From NCBI GenBank assembly GCA_043824255.1, contig JBDRTG010000043.1, positions 47,644-111,643 on the forward strand: 64,000 nucleotides of DNA, read 5' to 3'. Below the pieces are notes generated by a model. That model searched no databases and was not told the DNA's origin. It saw only the letters and a list, made by a program, of their open reading frames with translations. The DNA comes from a bacterium. GTDB taxonomy: Bacteria > JAHJDO01. The position numbers and the translations under genes are program-made. Below, piece by piece: positions 39,374 through 49,267 of this stretch (positions within the stretch are counted from its first letter, which is position 1; every line of letters starts with the position of its first letter).

Positions 39374-40624
39374 ATGATCGAAACAAATCTGTTTAAAATT
39401 ACACAGAACCAATTAGATGAAGCTGTTGAGAAGTTGGGTCTCAATAAGGCTGCTCACGAGCTTCTTCGGTGGCCTCAACGGGAATTCACGTTCACTCTTC
39501 CAGTAAAGATGGATGATGGAACTACCAAGATCTTTCATGGATTCAGAATTCAATATAATTCAGCTCTTGGTCCCACAAAGGGAGGAGTGCGCTGGCATCC
39601 TGAAGAAACTATAGATACTGTGCGCGCTCTAGCTGCGTGGATGACATGGAAGTGTGCTCTTGTAAACATCCCTCTTGGAGGGGGTAAAGGCGGTATAATT
39701 TGCAATCCTAAGATAATGTCCGAAAGGGAAAAAGAATATCTTGCAAGGGCTTATATCAGAGCTATTGCTTCTCACATTGGCGTCCACAAAGATGTACCTG
39801 CTCCTGATGTTTACACAACACCGCAGATTATGGCTTGGATGATGGATGAGTACGAGGCTATAGTGGGGGAATCTCATCCAGGGATGATCACAGGCAAACC
39901 GCTGTCATTGGGAGGCAGTGAAGGACGTGGAGATGCAACAGCTCGTGGAGGAGTCTTTACTGTAAGAGAGGCATGCAAAGCTTGTGGTATTAGCTCCAAA
40001 GGCACCTTTGCAGTTCAGGGCTTTGGAAACGCAGGACAATTCGCAGCACTGCTTCATCCGGAAATACTAGAAGAAGGAAAACTTATTGCAGTATCTGACT
40101 CAAAGGGAGGAATATATAAGGAATCCGGAATTAATCCTAGAGATATAGTAGACCATAAATTAAAAACAGGAAGTGTAGCCGATTTCCCCGGAACAAGTTC
40201 TATCAGCAATAAAGAGATTATTGAGCTTGATGTTGATGTTTTCTATCCAGCAGCTATGGAGAACGTTATTACTGAGAAAAACGCGCAAAATATCAAAGCC
40301 AGAATAATCTGTGAGCTTGCAAACGGACCTACAACTCCTGAAGCAGACGCAATACTTTATGCAAAAGGCGTTCACATTATACCGGATTTTCTTGCCAATG
40401 CCGGAGGAGTAACTGTCAGCTATTTTGAACAGGTTCAAAATACATATAACTATTACTGGACATTGGATGATGTGCATAAACAGCTGGATGCCAAAATGAC
40501 CACTGCTTACCACTCAGTATATAAAATGCATAAGGAAAAGAATGTTCATATGCGTTTAGCTGCATATATGATTGCCGTTTCCCGCGTTGCCGAGGCTGTA
40601 AAACTTAGAGGCTGGATATCGTAA
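39374..40624 (+). CDS. gdhA: Glu/Leu/Phe/Val dehydrogenase (glutamate dehydrogenase)
   Basis: '[11 protein letters not shown]', 'MTWKCA...PLGGGKGG', 'DVPAPDV', 'GRGDATARG', 'QGFGNAG', 'ELANGP', '[16 protein letters not shown]'. Confidence 0.93.
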   Translation: MIETNLFKITQNQLDEAVEKLGLNKAAHELLRWPQREFTFTLPVKMDDGTTKIFHGFRIQYNSALGPTKGGVRWHPEETIDTVRALAAWMTWKCALVNIPLGGGKGGIICNPKIMSEREKEYLARAYIRAIASHIGVHKDVPAPDVYTTPQIMAWMMDEYEAIVGESHPGMITGKPLSLGGSEGRGDATARGGVFTVREACKACGISSKGTFAVQGFGNAGQFAALLHPEILEEGKLIAVSDSKGGIYKESGINPRDIVDHKLKTGSVADFPGTSSISNKEIIELDVDVFYPAAMENVITEKNAQNIKARIICELANGPTTPEADAILYAKGVHIIPDFLANAGGVTVSYFEQVQNTYNYYWTLDDVHKQLDAKMTTAYHSVYKMHKEKNVHMRLAAYMIAVSRVAEAVKLRGWIS

Positions 40625-40649
40625 AAGACAAGTTGGTGTTTTTTAGCTA

Positions 40650-40679
40650 TTGTCAACTATATTTGTACTATGATATAAT
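40650..40679 (+). promoter_or_regulatory. Sigma70 promoter of the carB-purF-DUF1846-purL-hisF operon
   Basis: TTGTCA-18 nt-TATAAT with extended TG (TGATATAAT). Confidence 0.7.
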
Positions 40680-40807
40680 TCCGTCCCATGAGATTCTCAA
40701 TGGGATTTTCGATCGCCTTTTCAGTATGGTCTGTTCAGCGATGTCTGTTCTCTAGTAATATCATGTTTATAATGCCTAACATATCAAAGCGCTAAGGAGA
40801 TTATTTT

Positions 40808-43800
40808 ATGCCAAAAAGGACTGATATCCATAAGATTTTAATTATAGGTTCCGGCCCCATAATTATAGGTCAGGCATGTGAGTTTGACTATTCAGGCACT
40901 CAAGCATGTAAAGCACTTAAGGAAGAAGGGTATGAAGTGGTACTTGTAAACTCTAATCCTGCTACTATTATGACAGACCCTGACACAGCTGATAAAACAT
41001 ACATAGAACCGCTTACTGTGGAAAGTCTTGAAGAAATTATCAAGAAGGAAAAGCCTGATGCGCTTCTTCCCAACCTAGGAGGGCAGACAGGACTTAATCT
41101 TGCATCCAGTCTTTACAGCTCAGGAGTATTGAAAAGATATGGAGTTGAACTCATTGGCGTTAAAGCAGACGCTATTGAGCGAGGAGAAGACAGGATTGCA
41201 TTCAAGAAGACAATGAATAAATTGGGCATATCTCTTCCTAGATCTGAGCCATGTTATTCTGTTGAGGAAGCTGAAAATATAGCAGAGAAACTTGGATATC
41301 CTGTCGTATTGCGGCCTGCTTATACATTAGGCGGAACAGGAGGAGGAATTGCATACAATGTAGAAGAGCTGAAAACTATTGTCAGCAGAGGTCTTGCAGT
41401 AAGTCTCGTACATCAGGTTCTGGTTGAAGAATCTGTTTTGGGATGGGAGGAATTAGAGCTTGAGGTTGTAAGGGACCAGAAAAATCAGAAGATTACAGTC
41501 TGTTTTATTGAAAATATTGATGCTATGGGCATACACACAGGAGATAGCTTCTGCTCCGCACCTATGCTCACGGTCCCACAAGCTTTGCAAAAGCGTATGC
41601 AGGAGATTTCTTATAAGATTGTTGATGCTATTGGCGTTATAGGCGGTACAAATGTTCAGCTTGCGCATAATCCTAAGGATGACAGGCTGGTGGTAATAGA
41701 GATCAATCCACGAACGTCGCGCTCATCTGCTCTTGCCTCTAAAGCAACTGGATTTCCAATAGCCCGTATCTCTACAAAGCTTGCTGTTGGTATTACAATG
41801 GACGAGATTCCATATTGGAAGAAAGGAACCCTTGAGAAATATGAACCCAGTGGAGAGTATGTAGTAATTAAATTTGCGCGCTGGGCTTTTGAAAAGTTTC
41901 CAGGAGCAAAGGATATACTTGGAACACAAATGAAGGCCGTAGGCGAAGTAATGAGCATAGGAAAGACATATAAAGAATCCTTTCAAAAAGCCATCCGCTC
42001 TCTTGAGATAAACAGATGTGGTCTTGGCGGAGCTAAGAACTTTAAAACACTTTCCCTTGAAAGATTGAAAGAGAAATTAGCAACCCCCTCCAGCGAACGT
42101 ATTTTTCTGATGTATGAGGCGCTGCGCAAGGGTATGAGTGTAGAAGAACTTTACCAGATGACCTATATTGGACGCTGGTTTATTAAAGAGATGAAGGAAC
42201 TTGTAGATTTTGAGGAAGAATTAATCAAAAACATATGGAAAAATCTTCCTGAGAGAAAATTGGCAAAAGCAAAAGAGTGGGGGTTTTCAGATAAATATCT
42301 GGCAGGCCTTTTTGAAGTAAAAGAAAAAGAGGTCAGACAAAAGAGAATCGCCATAGGCAAATGCGGCTGTTTTGAGGCTGTCCCCGTAAGCGGAGTAGAG
42401 AATGCTGCTTATTATTATTCCACTTACAACGGTAAAGATTCAGTTCCTGTATCATCAAAAAAGAAGATAATGATTTTAGGCGGCGGACCTAATAGAATTG
42501 GGCAGGGTATTGAATTTGATTATACGTGTGTACACGCAGCTTTTGCTTTGCGGGATGAAGGATATGAGTCAATTATGGTTAACTGCAATCCTGAAACCGT
42601 ATCTACTGATTATGACACTTCAAACAAGCTTTATTTTGAACCTTTAACAGTTGAAGATGTACTCACAATTTACGAAAAGGAGAAGCCGGAAGGTGTTATT
42701 GTTCAGTTTGGCGGACAGACTCCTCTGAATATTGCTCAGGAATTAAAGAATAACGGTGTGAAAATTCTTGGGACAACGCCTGAAAGCATACATCTTGCAG
42801 AGGATAGAGAGCGTTTTAGAGAAAAAATGATTGCTCTTAATATCCTACAGCCGGAGAGCGGCATAGCGCGTTCATTAGACGAAGCTCTTATAACCGCTAA
42901 TAAGATAGGATATCCTCTTATGGTACGCCCATCTTATGTGTTAGGAGGGCGTGGAATGCAAATTATTTATGATGAAGCTATGCTGCGGGATTATGCCATT
43001 GAAGCTATTCAGGTCAGTCCGGAACATCCAATGCTTATTGATAGATTTCTTGAGCAGGCTGTAGAGGCAGAAGTTGATGCTATTTCCGATGGAGAAAATA
43101 CATTTGTAGCAGCTGTTATGGAACATATAGAATTAGCAGGTGTTCATTCGGGAGATTCTGCATGCGCCATCCCATCAAGAACTATTAAAAAAGAGCACTT
43201 AAATACAATAGAGAAATATACATCAGCAATTGCAAAGGAATTAAATGTCGTAGGTTTAATGAATATTCAATATGCAATATGTGATAATAAGGTTTATATA
43301 CTGGAGGCTAATCCAAGAGCTTCGCGTACAGTTCCAGTAGTCTCTAAAGTAACAGGCATAGCAATAGCCCATATAGCAACTCAAATAATGCTGGGTAAGA
43401 AGATAAGAGATTTTCCTGAACTAAAACCTCGCAAGCTTCCTTATGTAGCCGTTAAAGAAGCTGTTTTCCCGTTTAATATGTTTCCGGAAGTAGATCCTTT
43501 ACTAGGTCCGGAGATGAGAGCTACAGGAGAGGTTATGGGAATTGGCGATACATTCGGACTTGCTTTTTATAAGGCATCAGAAGCAGCCGGTTCAAAGCTT
43601 CCGCTTAAAGGTAATATGCTTTTGACAATAGCTGATAAAGATAAACCTTTTTTGATTCCCATTGCTCAGCGGATTAAGAAACTTGGTTTTAATATTTATG
43701 CTACAAAAGGCACAGCTAAATTTTTAAAAGAGAATAGCATACAGAATACAGAAATAAAAAAATTACATGAAGGAAGGCCAAATATAACTGACGCAGTCAA

Positions 43801-44029
43801 AAACAAAGAGATCAATCTTATTATCAATACACCTGTTGGACGCAGCGGGAAGCATGATGACAGTTATATTCGCAGAACTGCAATACAGCACAGGATTCCC
43901 TATATTACTTCGATAACGGCTGCAGAAGCCAGTATTGAAGGGATTGAATCTGTGACTAAAACCAGAAGTTTACCAAGGTCACTTCAGGATTATCTCAAGA
44001 AACTTATTAAAGTTAGAGAACAAGAATAA
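40808..44029 (+). CDS. carB: Carbamoyl-phosphate synthase large subunit
   Basis: 'IIGSGPIIIGQACEFDYSG', two ATP-grasp domains ('GIHTGDS', 'GVHSGDS', 'EINPR', 'EANPRASRTVP'), C-terminal MGS-like domain. Confidence 0.98.
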   Translation: MPKRTDIHKILIIGSGPIIIGQACEFDYSGTQACKALKEEGYEVVLVNSNPATIMTDPDTADKTYIEPLTVESLEEIIKKEKPDALLPNLGGQTGLNLASSLYSSGVLKRYGVELIGVKADAIERGEDRIAFKKTMNKLGISLPRSEPCYSVEEAENIAEKLGYPVVLRPAYTLGGTGGGIAYNVEELKTIVSRGLAVSLVHQVLVEESVLGWEELELEVVRDQKNQKITVCFIENIDAMGIHTGDSFCSAPMLTVPQALQKRMQEISYKIVDAIGVIGGTNVQLAHNPKDDRLVVIEINPRTSRSSALASKATGFPIARISTKLAVGITMDEIPYWKKGTLEKYEPSGEYVVIKFARWAFEKFPGAKDILGTQMKAVGEVMSIGKTYKESFQKAIRSLEINRCGLGGAKNFKTLSLERLKEKLATPSSERIFLMYEALRKGMSVEELYQMTYIGRWFIKEMKELVDFEEELIKNIWKNLPERKLAKAKEWGFSDKYLAGLFEVKEKEVRQKRIAIGKCGCFEAVPVSGVENAAYYYSTYNGKDSVPVSSKKKIMILGGGPNRIGQGIEFDYTCVHAAFALRDEGYESIMVNCNPETVSTDYDTSNKLYFEPLTVEDVLTIYEKEKPEGVIVQFGGQTPLNIAQELKNNGVKILGTTPESIHLAEDRERFREKMIALNILQPESGIARSLDEALITANKIGYPLMVRPSYVLGGRGMQIIYDEAMLRDYAIEAIQVSPEHPMLIDRFLEQAVEAEVDAISDGENTFVAAVMEHIELAGVHSGDSACAIPSRTIKKEHLNTIEKYTSAIAKELNVVGLMNIQYAICDNKVYILEANPRASRTVPVVSKVTGIAIAHIATQIMLGKKIRDFPELKPRKLPYVAVKEAVFPFNMFPEVDPLLGPEMRATGEVMGIGDTFGLAFYKASEAAGSKLPLKGNMLLTIADKDKPFLIPIAQRIKKLGFNIYATKGTAKFLKENSIQNTEIKKLHEGRPNITDAVKNKEINLIINTPVGRSGKHDDSYIRRTAIQHRIPYITSITAAEASIEGIESVTKTRSLPRSLQDYLKKLIKVREQE

Positions 44030-44047
44030 ATAAAAGGAGCACATAAA

Positions 44048-45439
44048 ATGGATGGGATATTTGGAGTTGCCTTAAAAGAGGATTGTCAGGAGGTTTTATT
44101 TTACGGAACAGATTATCATTCTCATTTAGGAACAGAATATGGAGGGCTGGCAGTATTAGGAAAAAGATTGGTTAGAAAGATTCACGCAATTAGCGGAGGA
44201 CAGTTTAAAAGCAGATTTTATGAAGATTATAAGAAAATGAAAGGGAAATCCGGCATTGGGGTGATATCTACAAGAGAAGAACAGCCTATATATCTAAATT
44301 CAAAATTTGGCCACTTCTGTATTGTTAGTAATGGTTTAATCACTAATTCGGATGGTTTGACTAAGGATTTGCGCAGGCAGGGAATTTCATTTAGTGAAAC
44401 AGCTAAAAAAGGAGTAAACAGTACAGAACTAGTTGCAAAATTAGTAAACCAGGGCAGGAGTTTAGTGCATGGAATAGAAAATTACTTTAAAAGAATTAAG
44501 GGCTCCTGTTCTATCCTAATCTTACATAAGGACGGTATCTATATTGCAAGGGATAAACTAGGATATTCTCCTTTAATTATAGGTAAATCAAAGGAAGGCT
44601 GGGCAGTAACTACAGAAACTTCTGCTTTTTTTAACTTAGGGTTTAGTATAGAAAGATATGTTAAGCCGGGTGAAATACTGCTTTTAAAGCCCACTGGATT
44701 TAAGGTTCTCAAAGAAGAGGAGCCGCATCAAAAGACAGATACGTTTTTATGGATCTATACTGGTTTTCCTGCATCAAATTATGAGGGTATAAATACAGAA
44801 GAAGTAAGAGAGCGTTGCGGAAAATTTTTGGCAAAAAGGGACAACGTTGAAGCAGATTTGGTAGCAGGAGTTCCGGACTCAGGAACTACGCATGCTATTG
44901 GTTATTCCATTGAATCAAGAATACCTTTTAGGCGTCCTCTGGTTAAATATAATCCCGGCTATGGCAGAAGCTACATTCCGCCGTCTCAAAGCATAAGAGA
45001 CCATATTGCTAAAATGAAGCTGATTCCAATTAAAGAGATAATTAAAGGGAACAGGATCATTTTATGTGAAGATTCAATTGTAAGGGGTACTCAGCTTAAA
45101 AACTATACTATCCAGAAGTTGTGGGAAAGCGGGGCAAAGGAAATTCATGTCAGGGTTGCGTGCCCGCCTTTATTGTTTCCTTCTAAATTCGATTATTCTA
45201 CCAAGAAGAAAGAAGAACTGGTTGCCAGACGTACAATAAAAGCTTTAGAAGGCAAGGATATTAAAGATATGAGCGAATACATTGATTCCAATTCAAAAAA
45301 ACACAAAAAAATGGTAGATTGTATTGCAAAAGAATTGGACGTTACCAGCTTAAAATACCAAACCCTTGAAGACATGGTAAAAGCAATAGGATTGCCCGAA
45401 GAAAAACTTTGTCTTTATGTATGGACTGGGAAGGTTTAA
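44048..45439 (+). CDS. purF: Amidophosphoribosyltransferase-like protein lacking the N-terminal catalytic Cys
   Basis: Ntn fold starting 'MDGIFG' (not MCG); 'GVPDSG'; PRPP motif '[11 protein letters not shown]'; 'RVACPP'. Confidence 0.85.
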   Translation: MDGIFGVALKEDCQEVLFYGTDYHSHLGTEYGGLAVLGKRLVRKIHAISGGQFKSRFYEDYKKMKGKSGIGVISTREEQPIYLNSKFGHFCIVSNGLITNSDGLTKDLRRQGISFSETAKKGVNSTELVAKLVNQGRSLVHGIENYFKRIKGSCSILILHKDGIYIARDKLGYSPLIIGKSKEGWAVTTETSAFFNLGFSIERYVKPGEILLLKPTGFKVLKEEEPHQKTDTFLWIYTGFPASNYEGINTEEVRERCGKFLAKRDNVEADLVAGVPDSGTTHAIGYSIESRIPFRRPLVKYNPGYGRSYIPPSQSIRDHIAKMKLIPIKEIIKGNRIILCEDSIVRGTQLKNYTIQKLWESGAKEIHVRVACPPLLFPSKFDYSTKKKEELVARRTIKALEGKDIKDMSEYIDSNSKKHKKMVDCIAKELDVTSLKYQTLEDMVKAIGLPEEKLCLYVWTGKV

Positions 45440-46956
45440 TGATTAAAAAAATAGGTTTTGATAATGAGAAGTATCTAAAGGAGCAGACTAAGGCTATTCT
45501 TGAGAGAGTTGAGAGGTCTGATAATAAATTGTATCTTGAGTTTGGCGGAAAGCTTGTCTTTGACTTTCATGCTTCAAGGGTTCTCCCAGGCTTTGACCCC
45601 AATGTGAAGATACGGCTCTTGCAGCAATTAAAGGATAAGGCAGATATATTGCTCTGTATTTATGCCGGTGATATTGAAAGAAAAAAAGTAAGAGCAGACT
45701 TCGGAATTACATACGATGCTGCGGTACTCAAATCAATTGATGATTTAAAGGATTGGGGTATTGATATACTGGCAGTTGTAATAACACGTTTTGAAGATCA
45801 GCCGGCAACTATAATATTTAAGAACAAATTAGAGCGCAGAAACATAAAGGTTTATACCCATACATTTACAAAGGGATATCCCACGGATGTAAATTTAATT
45901 GTAAGTGATAAAGGTTATGGGGCAAACGCGTATATTAAGACTAAAAAACCTCTTGTCATAGTTACCGGGCCAGGCCCCGGCAGTGGGAAATTAGCAACGT
46001 GTCTTTCTCAATTGTATCATGATTATAAGAGAGGGATGAAAAATGGATATGCAAAATTTGAAACATTTCCTATATGGAATCTACCGCTTAAACATCCGGT
46101 GAATGCGGCTTATGAAGCAGCAACAGCAGATTTAAGGGATTTTAATATGATAGATTCCTTTCATCTTGAAGCATACAACAAGGTAGCTGTGAACTATAAC
46201 AGGGATGTAGAGGTGTTTCCTGTGCTTAAGAGAATATTAGAGAAGATAACCGGATCTGAGTCAATATATAAGTCACCTACGGATATGGGTGTAAACAGAG
46301 CTGGTTTTGGAATTATAGATGACGAAATAGTAAAACACGCTGCAGAGCAGGAAGTAGTAAGAAGATATTTTAGATGTGCCTGCGAATATGTAATGGGTCT
46401 TGTGGATAAGGAAACTGTGCAAAGGGTGGAGCTCATTATGGAGGATCTTAATCTTAAGCCGGAGGATAGGCTGGTGGTTGTGCCAGCACGAAAGGCTATT
46501 GAAGATGCTCAACAAAGAGGAGAGGGTAATGAAGGAGTCTTTTGCGGTGCGGCAATAGAATTAAAAGACGGCTTAATCATTACAGGGAAAAACTCCTCTC
46601 TTATGCATGCAACATCAAGTCTTATTCTGAATGCTGTAAAAGAGCTGGCGGAAATTCCCGATAAGATACATCTTCTGTCTCCGAACATAATAGATTCCAT
46701 AGGTAATCTTAAAAAGAATATTTTAAATACGAAAGCAGTGAGCCTGAATCTGGAAGAAACCTTAATTGCCCTTTCTATAAGCGCAACTACGAACCCAACC
46801 TCTCAGCTGGCTATGGAGAAGCTAGGGGAACTTAAGGGCTGCGAAATACATATGACACATATTCCAACCCCTGGTGATGAAGCAGGGTTAAGAAAATTGG
46901 GGGTTAATACTACCAGCGACCCCGATTTTTCCACAAAGACGCTTTTTGTTGAATAA
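45439..46956 (+). CDS. DUF1846 (UPF0371) domain protein
   Basis: '[10 protein letters not shown]...I.ER', '[21 protein letters not shown]', P-loop '[19 protein letters not shown]', 'YAKFETFP', 'SPTDMGVN'. ATG overlaps the purF stop (TAATG). Confidence 0.92.
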   Translation: MIKKIGFDNEKYLKEQTKAILERVERSDNKLYLEFGGKLVFDFHASRVLPGFDPNVKIRLLQQLKDKADILLCIYAGDIERKKVRADFGITYDAAVLKSIDDLKDWGIDILAVVITRFEDQPATIIFKNKLERRNIKVYTHTFTKGYPTDVNLIVSDKGYGANAYIKTKKPLVIVTGPGPGSGKLATCLSQLYHDYKRGMKNGYAKFETFPIWNLPLKHPVNAAYEAATADLRDFNMIDSFHLEAYNKVAVNYNRDVEVFPVLKRILEKITGSESIYKSPTDMGVNRAGFGIIDDEIVKHAAEQEVVRRYFRCACEYVMGLVDKETVQRVELIMEDLNLKPEDRLVVVPARKAIEDAQQRGEGNEGVFCGAAIELKDGLIITGKNSSLMHATSSLILNAVKELAEIPDKIHLLSPNIIDSIGNLKKNILNTKAVSLNLEETLIALSISATTNPTSQLAMEKLGELKGCEIHMTHIPTPGDEAGLRKLGVNTTSDPDFSTKTLFVE

Positions 46957-47006
46957 AGTAATTTTTTTAGAATAGGAATAAAAATTTAAAAAAAGGAGGG
47001 CGCATA

Positions 47007-49247
47007 ATGGAGAGTGCAGTTAAAGTTGATGTGGAAGTAGCAAAGGATTTAGGGCTTACTGAGCAGGAGTTTGAACAGATCAAAAAACTTTTAGGCAGAG
47101 AGCCGAATTTTACAGAATTAGGGGTTTTTTCAGCTATGTGGAGCGAACATTGCAGTTACAAGAATTCACGCAAGTTGTTCAAACTTTTCCCAACTAAAGG
47201 TAAACAGGTGTTAATTGGTGCAGGTGAGGAAAATACCGGAATTGTTGATATAGGCGACGGATTGGGCGTTGCCTTCAAGATAGAATCGCATAACCATCCT
47301 TCGGCAGTGGAACCATTCGAGGCATCTGCTACAGGTATAGGCGGATGTTTGAGGGACATATTTACAGTAGGAGCAAGACCTGTTGCAGTGTTAGGTGCAT
47401 TGAGATTCGGAAGTTTGGATAATGAAAAAGTTAAATTCTTATTTAAAGAGGTAATCAGGGGACTGGCTCATTATGCTAATACTGCAGAGGTTAGTGCTGT
47501 TGGTGGTGACAGCTATTTTGACGAAAGTTATGAAGGTAATCCTTTGGTTAATGCTTTTGCTGTAGGTATTGTAAAACATAAAGATATTGCAAGAGGCGCT
47601 GCGTCTGGAATAGGGAATCTCATATATTACATAGGAGGAGACACAGGCAGAGACGGGGTAGGTGGAGCGAGTTTTGCATCCCAGGAAATTACTGAGGAAT
47701 CTGCCTCTGATACGAGCAGTGTTGCTATAGGTAACGCAGAGCTTGGGAAACGCTTGAGAGAGGTGTGTCTGGAACTAATAGAAAAAGGCCTCATTGTTGG
47801 AATGCAGGATATGGGAGCGGCAGGGCTTACCTGCTCATCCTGCGAAACAGCCTCAAGAAGCAGGACTGGTATTGAGATAGATGTTGCCTTAGTTCCTCAA
47901 AGAGAAAAAGGAATGACCCCTTATGAAATCCTTTTGTCTGAATCTCAGGAAAGAATGCTTGCTATATTAAAAGACGGAAAGGAAAAAGAGGCATTAGATA
48001 TATTGAAAAAATGGAACATCAACGCAGTAAAAATCGGGAAGGTTACAGATGATAGAATGATGAGGGTTAAAGAAAACGGAATAGTGGTTTGCGAAATTCC
48101 GCCACAGGCTCTTACAGAAAGAGCGCCTTTGTATGATAGAGATGCTAAAGAGCCTTCTTACTTAAAAGATGCTCAAAATCTGGATAGAAAATCCATAATC
48201 GAACCTGACGATTTTAATAAAGTGTTGTTGCAACTGCTTGATTCTCCGACTATTGCAAGCAAAGAATCAGCATATAAAAACTTTACTGCTATAGACAAGG
48301 ATGAAGTTATAGTAGGAGCAGGTTCAGATGCAGCTGTAGTTAAAATTAAGGGCACTAAAAAGGCTTTAGCAATAAGTGTGGATTGCAACGGGAGATATTG
48401 CTATCTAAATCCTTATAATGGTGCGATGATGGCTGTTGCAGAAGCAGCGAGAAATATAGTCTGTTCTGGTGGAAGACCTCTTGCTATCACCGACGGCTTG
48501 AATTTCGGTAGCCCGATGAAGCCTGAAAATTACTGGCAATTTAAAAAATGTATAGAAGGACTTTCCTCCGCGTGCAGAGCTTTAGACACACCTGTTGTAA
48601 GTGGTAATGTAAGTTTCTATAATGAGAATCCTAAAGGAGCGATAGATCCGACCCCCATGGTAGGTATGGTAGGATTGATAGACGATGCAAACAAGCATAT
48701 TACCCAGGAATTCAAGAATGAGGGCGATGTAATAGTTCTTTTAGGTGAAAACAAGGCCGACCTTTCGGGAAGTGAATATTTATATCTGATTCACAACCAG
48801 AAAAAAGGCAACCCTCAGATAGATATACAAATAGAGAAGTCCGTTCAGAAAGCATGCCTTGAGGCAATTGAAGCAGGTATTATTAATTCCGCTCATGATT
48901 GTTCGGAAGGTGGACTGGCTGTAACTTTGACTGAATCATGCATCTCAAATTTAAACAAAATGCTTGGTGCTGTAATAGAATTGGATGGCTTAAAAAACAA
49001 TGATATAAGAATGGATGAAATTTTATTTGGAGAAGCGCCTTCCAGAATAGTGGTTTCTCTAAATAAGGATAAAATGGAGCTTCTTGAAAAAATAGCTCAG
49101 AAACATTCTATTGCATACACTATTCTTGGAGAGGTCAGTGGAGAAAATCTGGCAATCAAAGACAATCAGGAAAACATAGTAGATATTTCTGTTAAAGTAT
49201 TAAGCAATACATGGAGGAACGCAATTCCTTCAAGATTAGAAAAATAA
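47007..49247 (+). CDS. purL: Phosphoribosylformylglycinamidine synthase subunit PurL (small type)
   Basis: 'MWSEHCSYK', 'FKIESHNHPS..EP', 'QDMGAAGL', 'LLSESQERM', 'GNVSFYNE', 'SAHDCSEGGL'. Confidence 0.96.
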   Translation: MESAVKVDVEVAKDLGLTEQEFEQIKKLLGREPNFTELGVFSAMWSEHCSYKNSRKLFKLFPTKGKQVLIGAGEENTGIVDIGDGLGVAFKIESHNHPSAVEPFEASATGIGGCLRDIFTVGARPVAVLGALRFGSLDNEKVKFLFKEVIRGLAHYANTAEVSAVGGDSYFDESYEGNPLVNAFAVGIVKHKDIARGAASGIGNLIYYIGGDTGRDGVGGASFASQEITEESASDTSSVAIGNAELGKRLREVCLELIEKGLIVGMQDMGAAGLTCSSCETASRSRTGIEIDVALVPQREKGMTPYEILLSESQERMLAILKDGKEKEALDILKKWNINAVKIGKVTDDRMMRVKENGIVVCEIPPQALTERAPLYDRDAKEPSYLKDAQNLDRKSIIEPDDFNKVLLQLLDSPTIASKESAYKNFTAIDKDEVIVGAGSDAAVVKIKGTKKALAISVDCNGRYCYLNPYNGAMMAVAEAARNIVCSGGRPLAITDGLNFGSPMKPENYWQFKKCIEGLSSACRALDTPVVSGNVSFYNENPKGAIDPTPMVGMVGLIDDANKHITQEFKNEGDVIVLLGENKADLSGSEYLYLIHNQKKGNPQIDIQIEKSVQKACLEAIEAGIINSAHDCSEGGLAVTLTESCISNLNKMLGAVIELDGLKNNDIRMDEILFGEAPSRIVVSLNKDKMELLEKIAQKHSIAYTILGEVSGENLAIKDNQENIVDISVKVLSNTWRNAIPSRLEK

Positions 49248-49267
49248 AAAGAAAGGGTGATATAACA

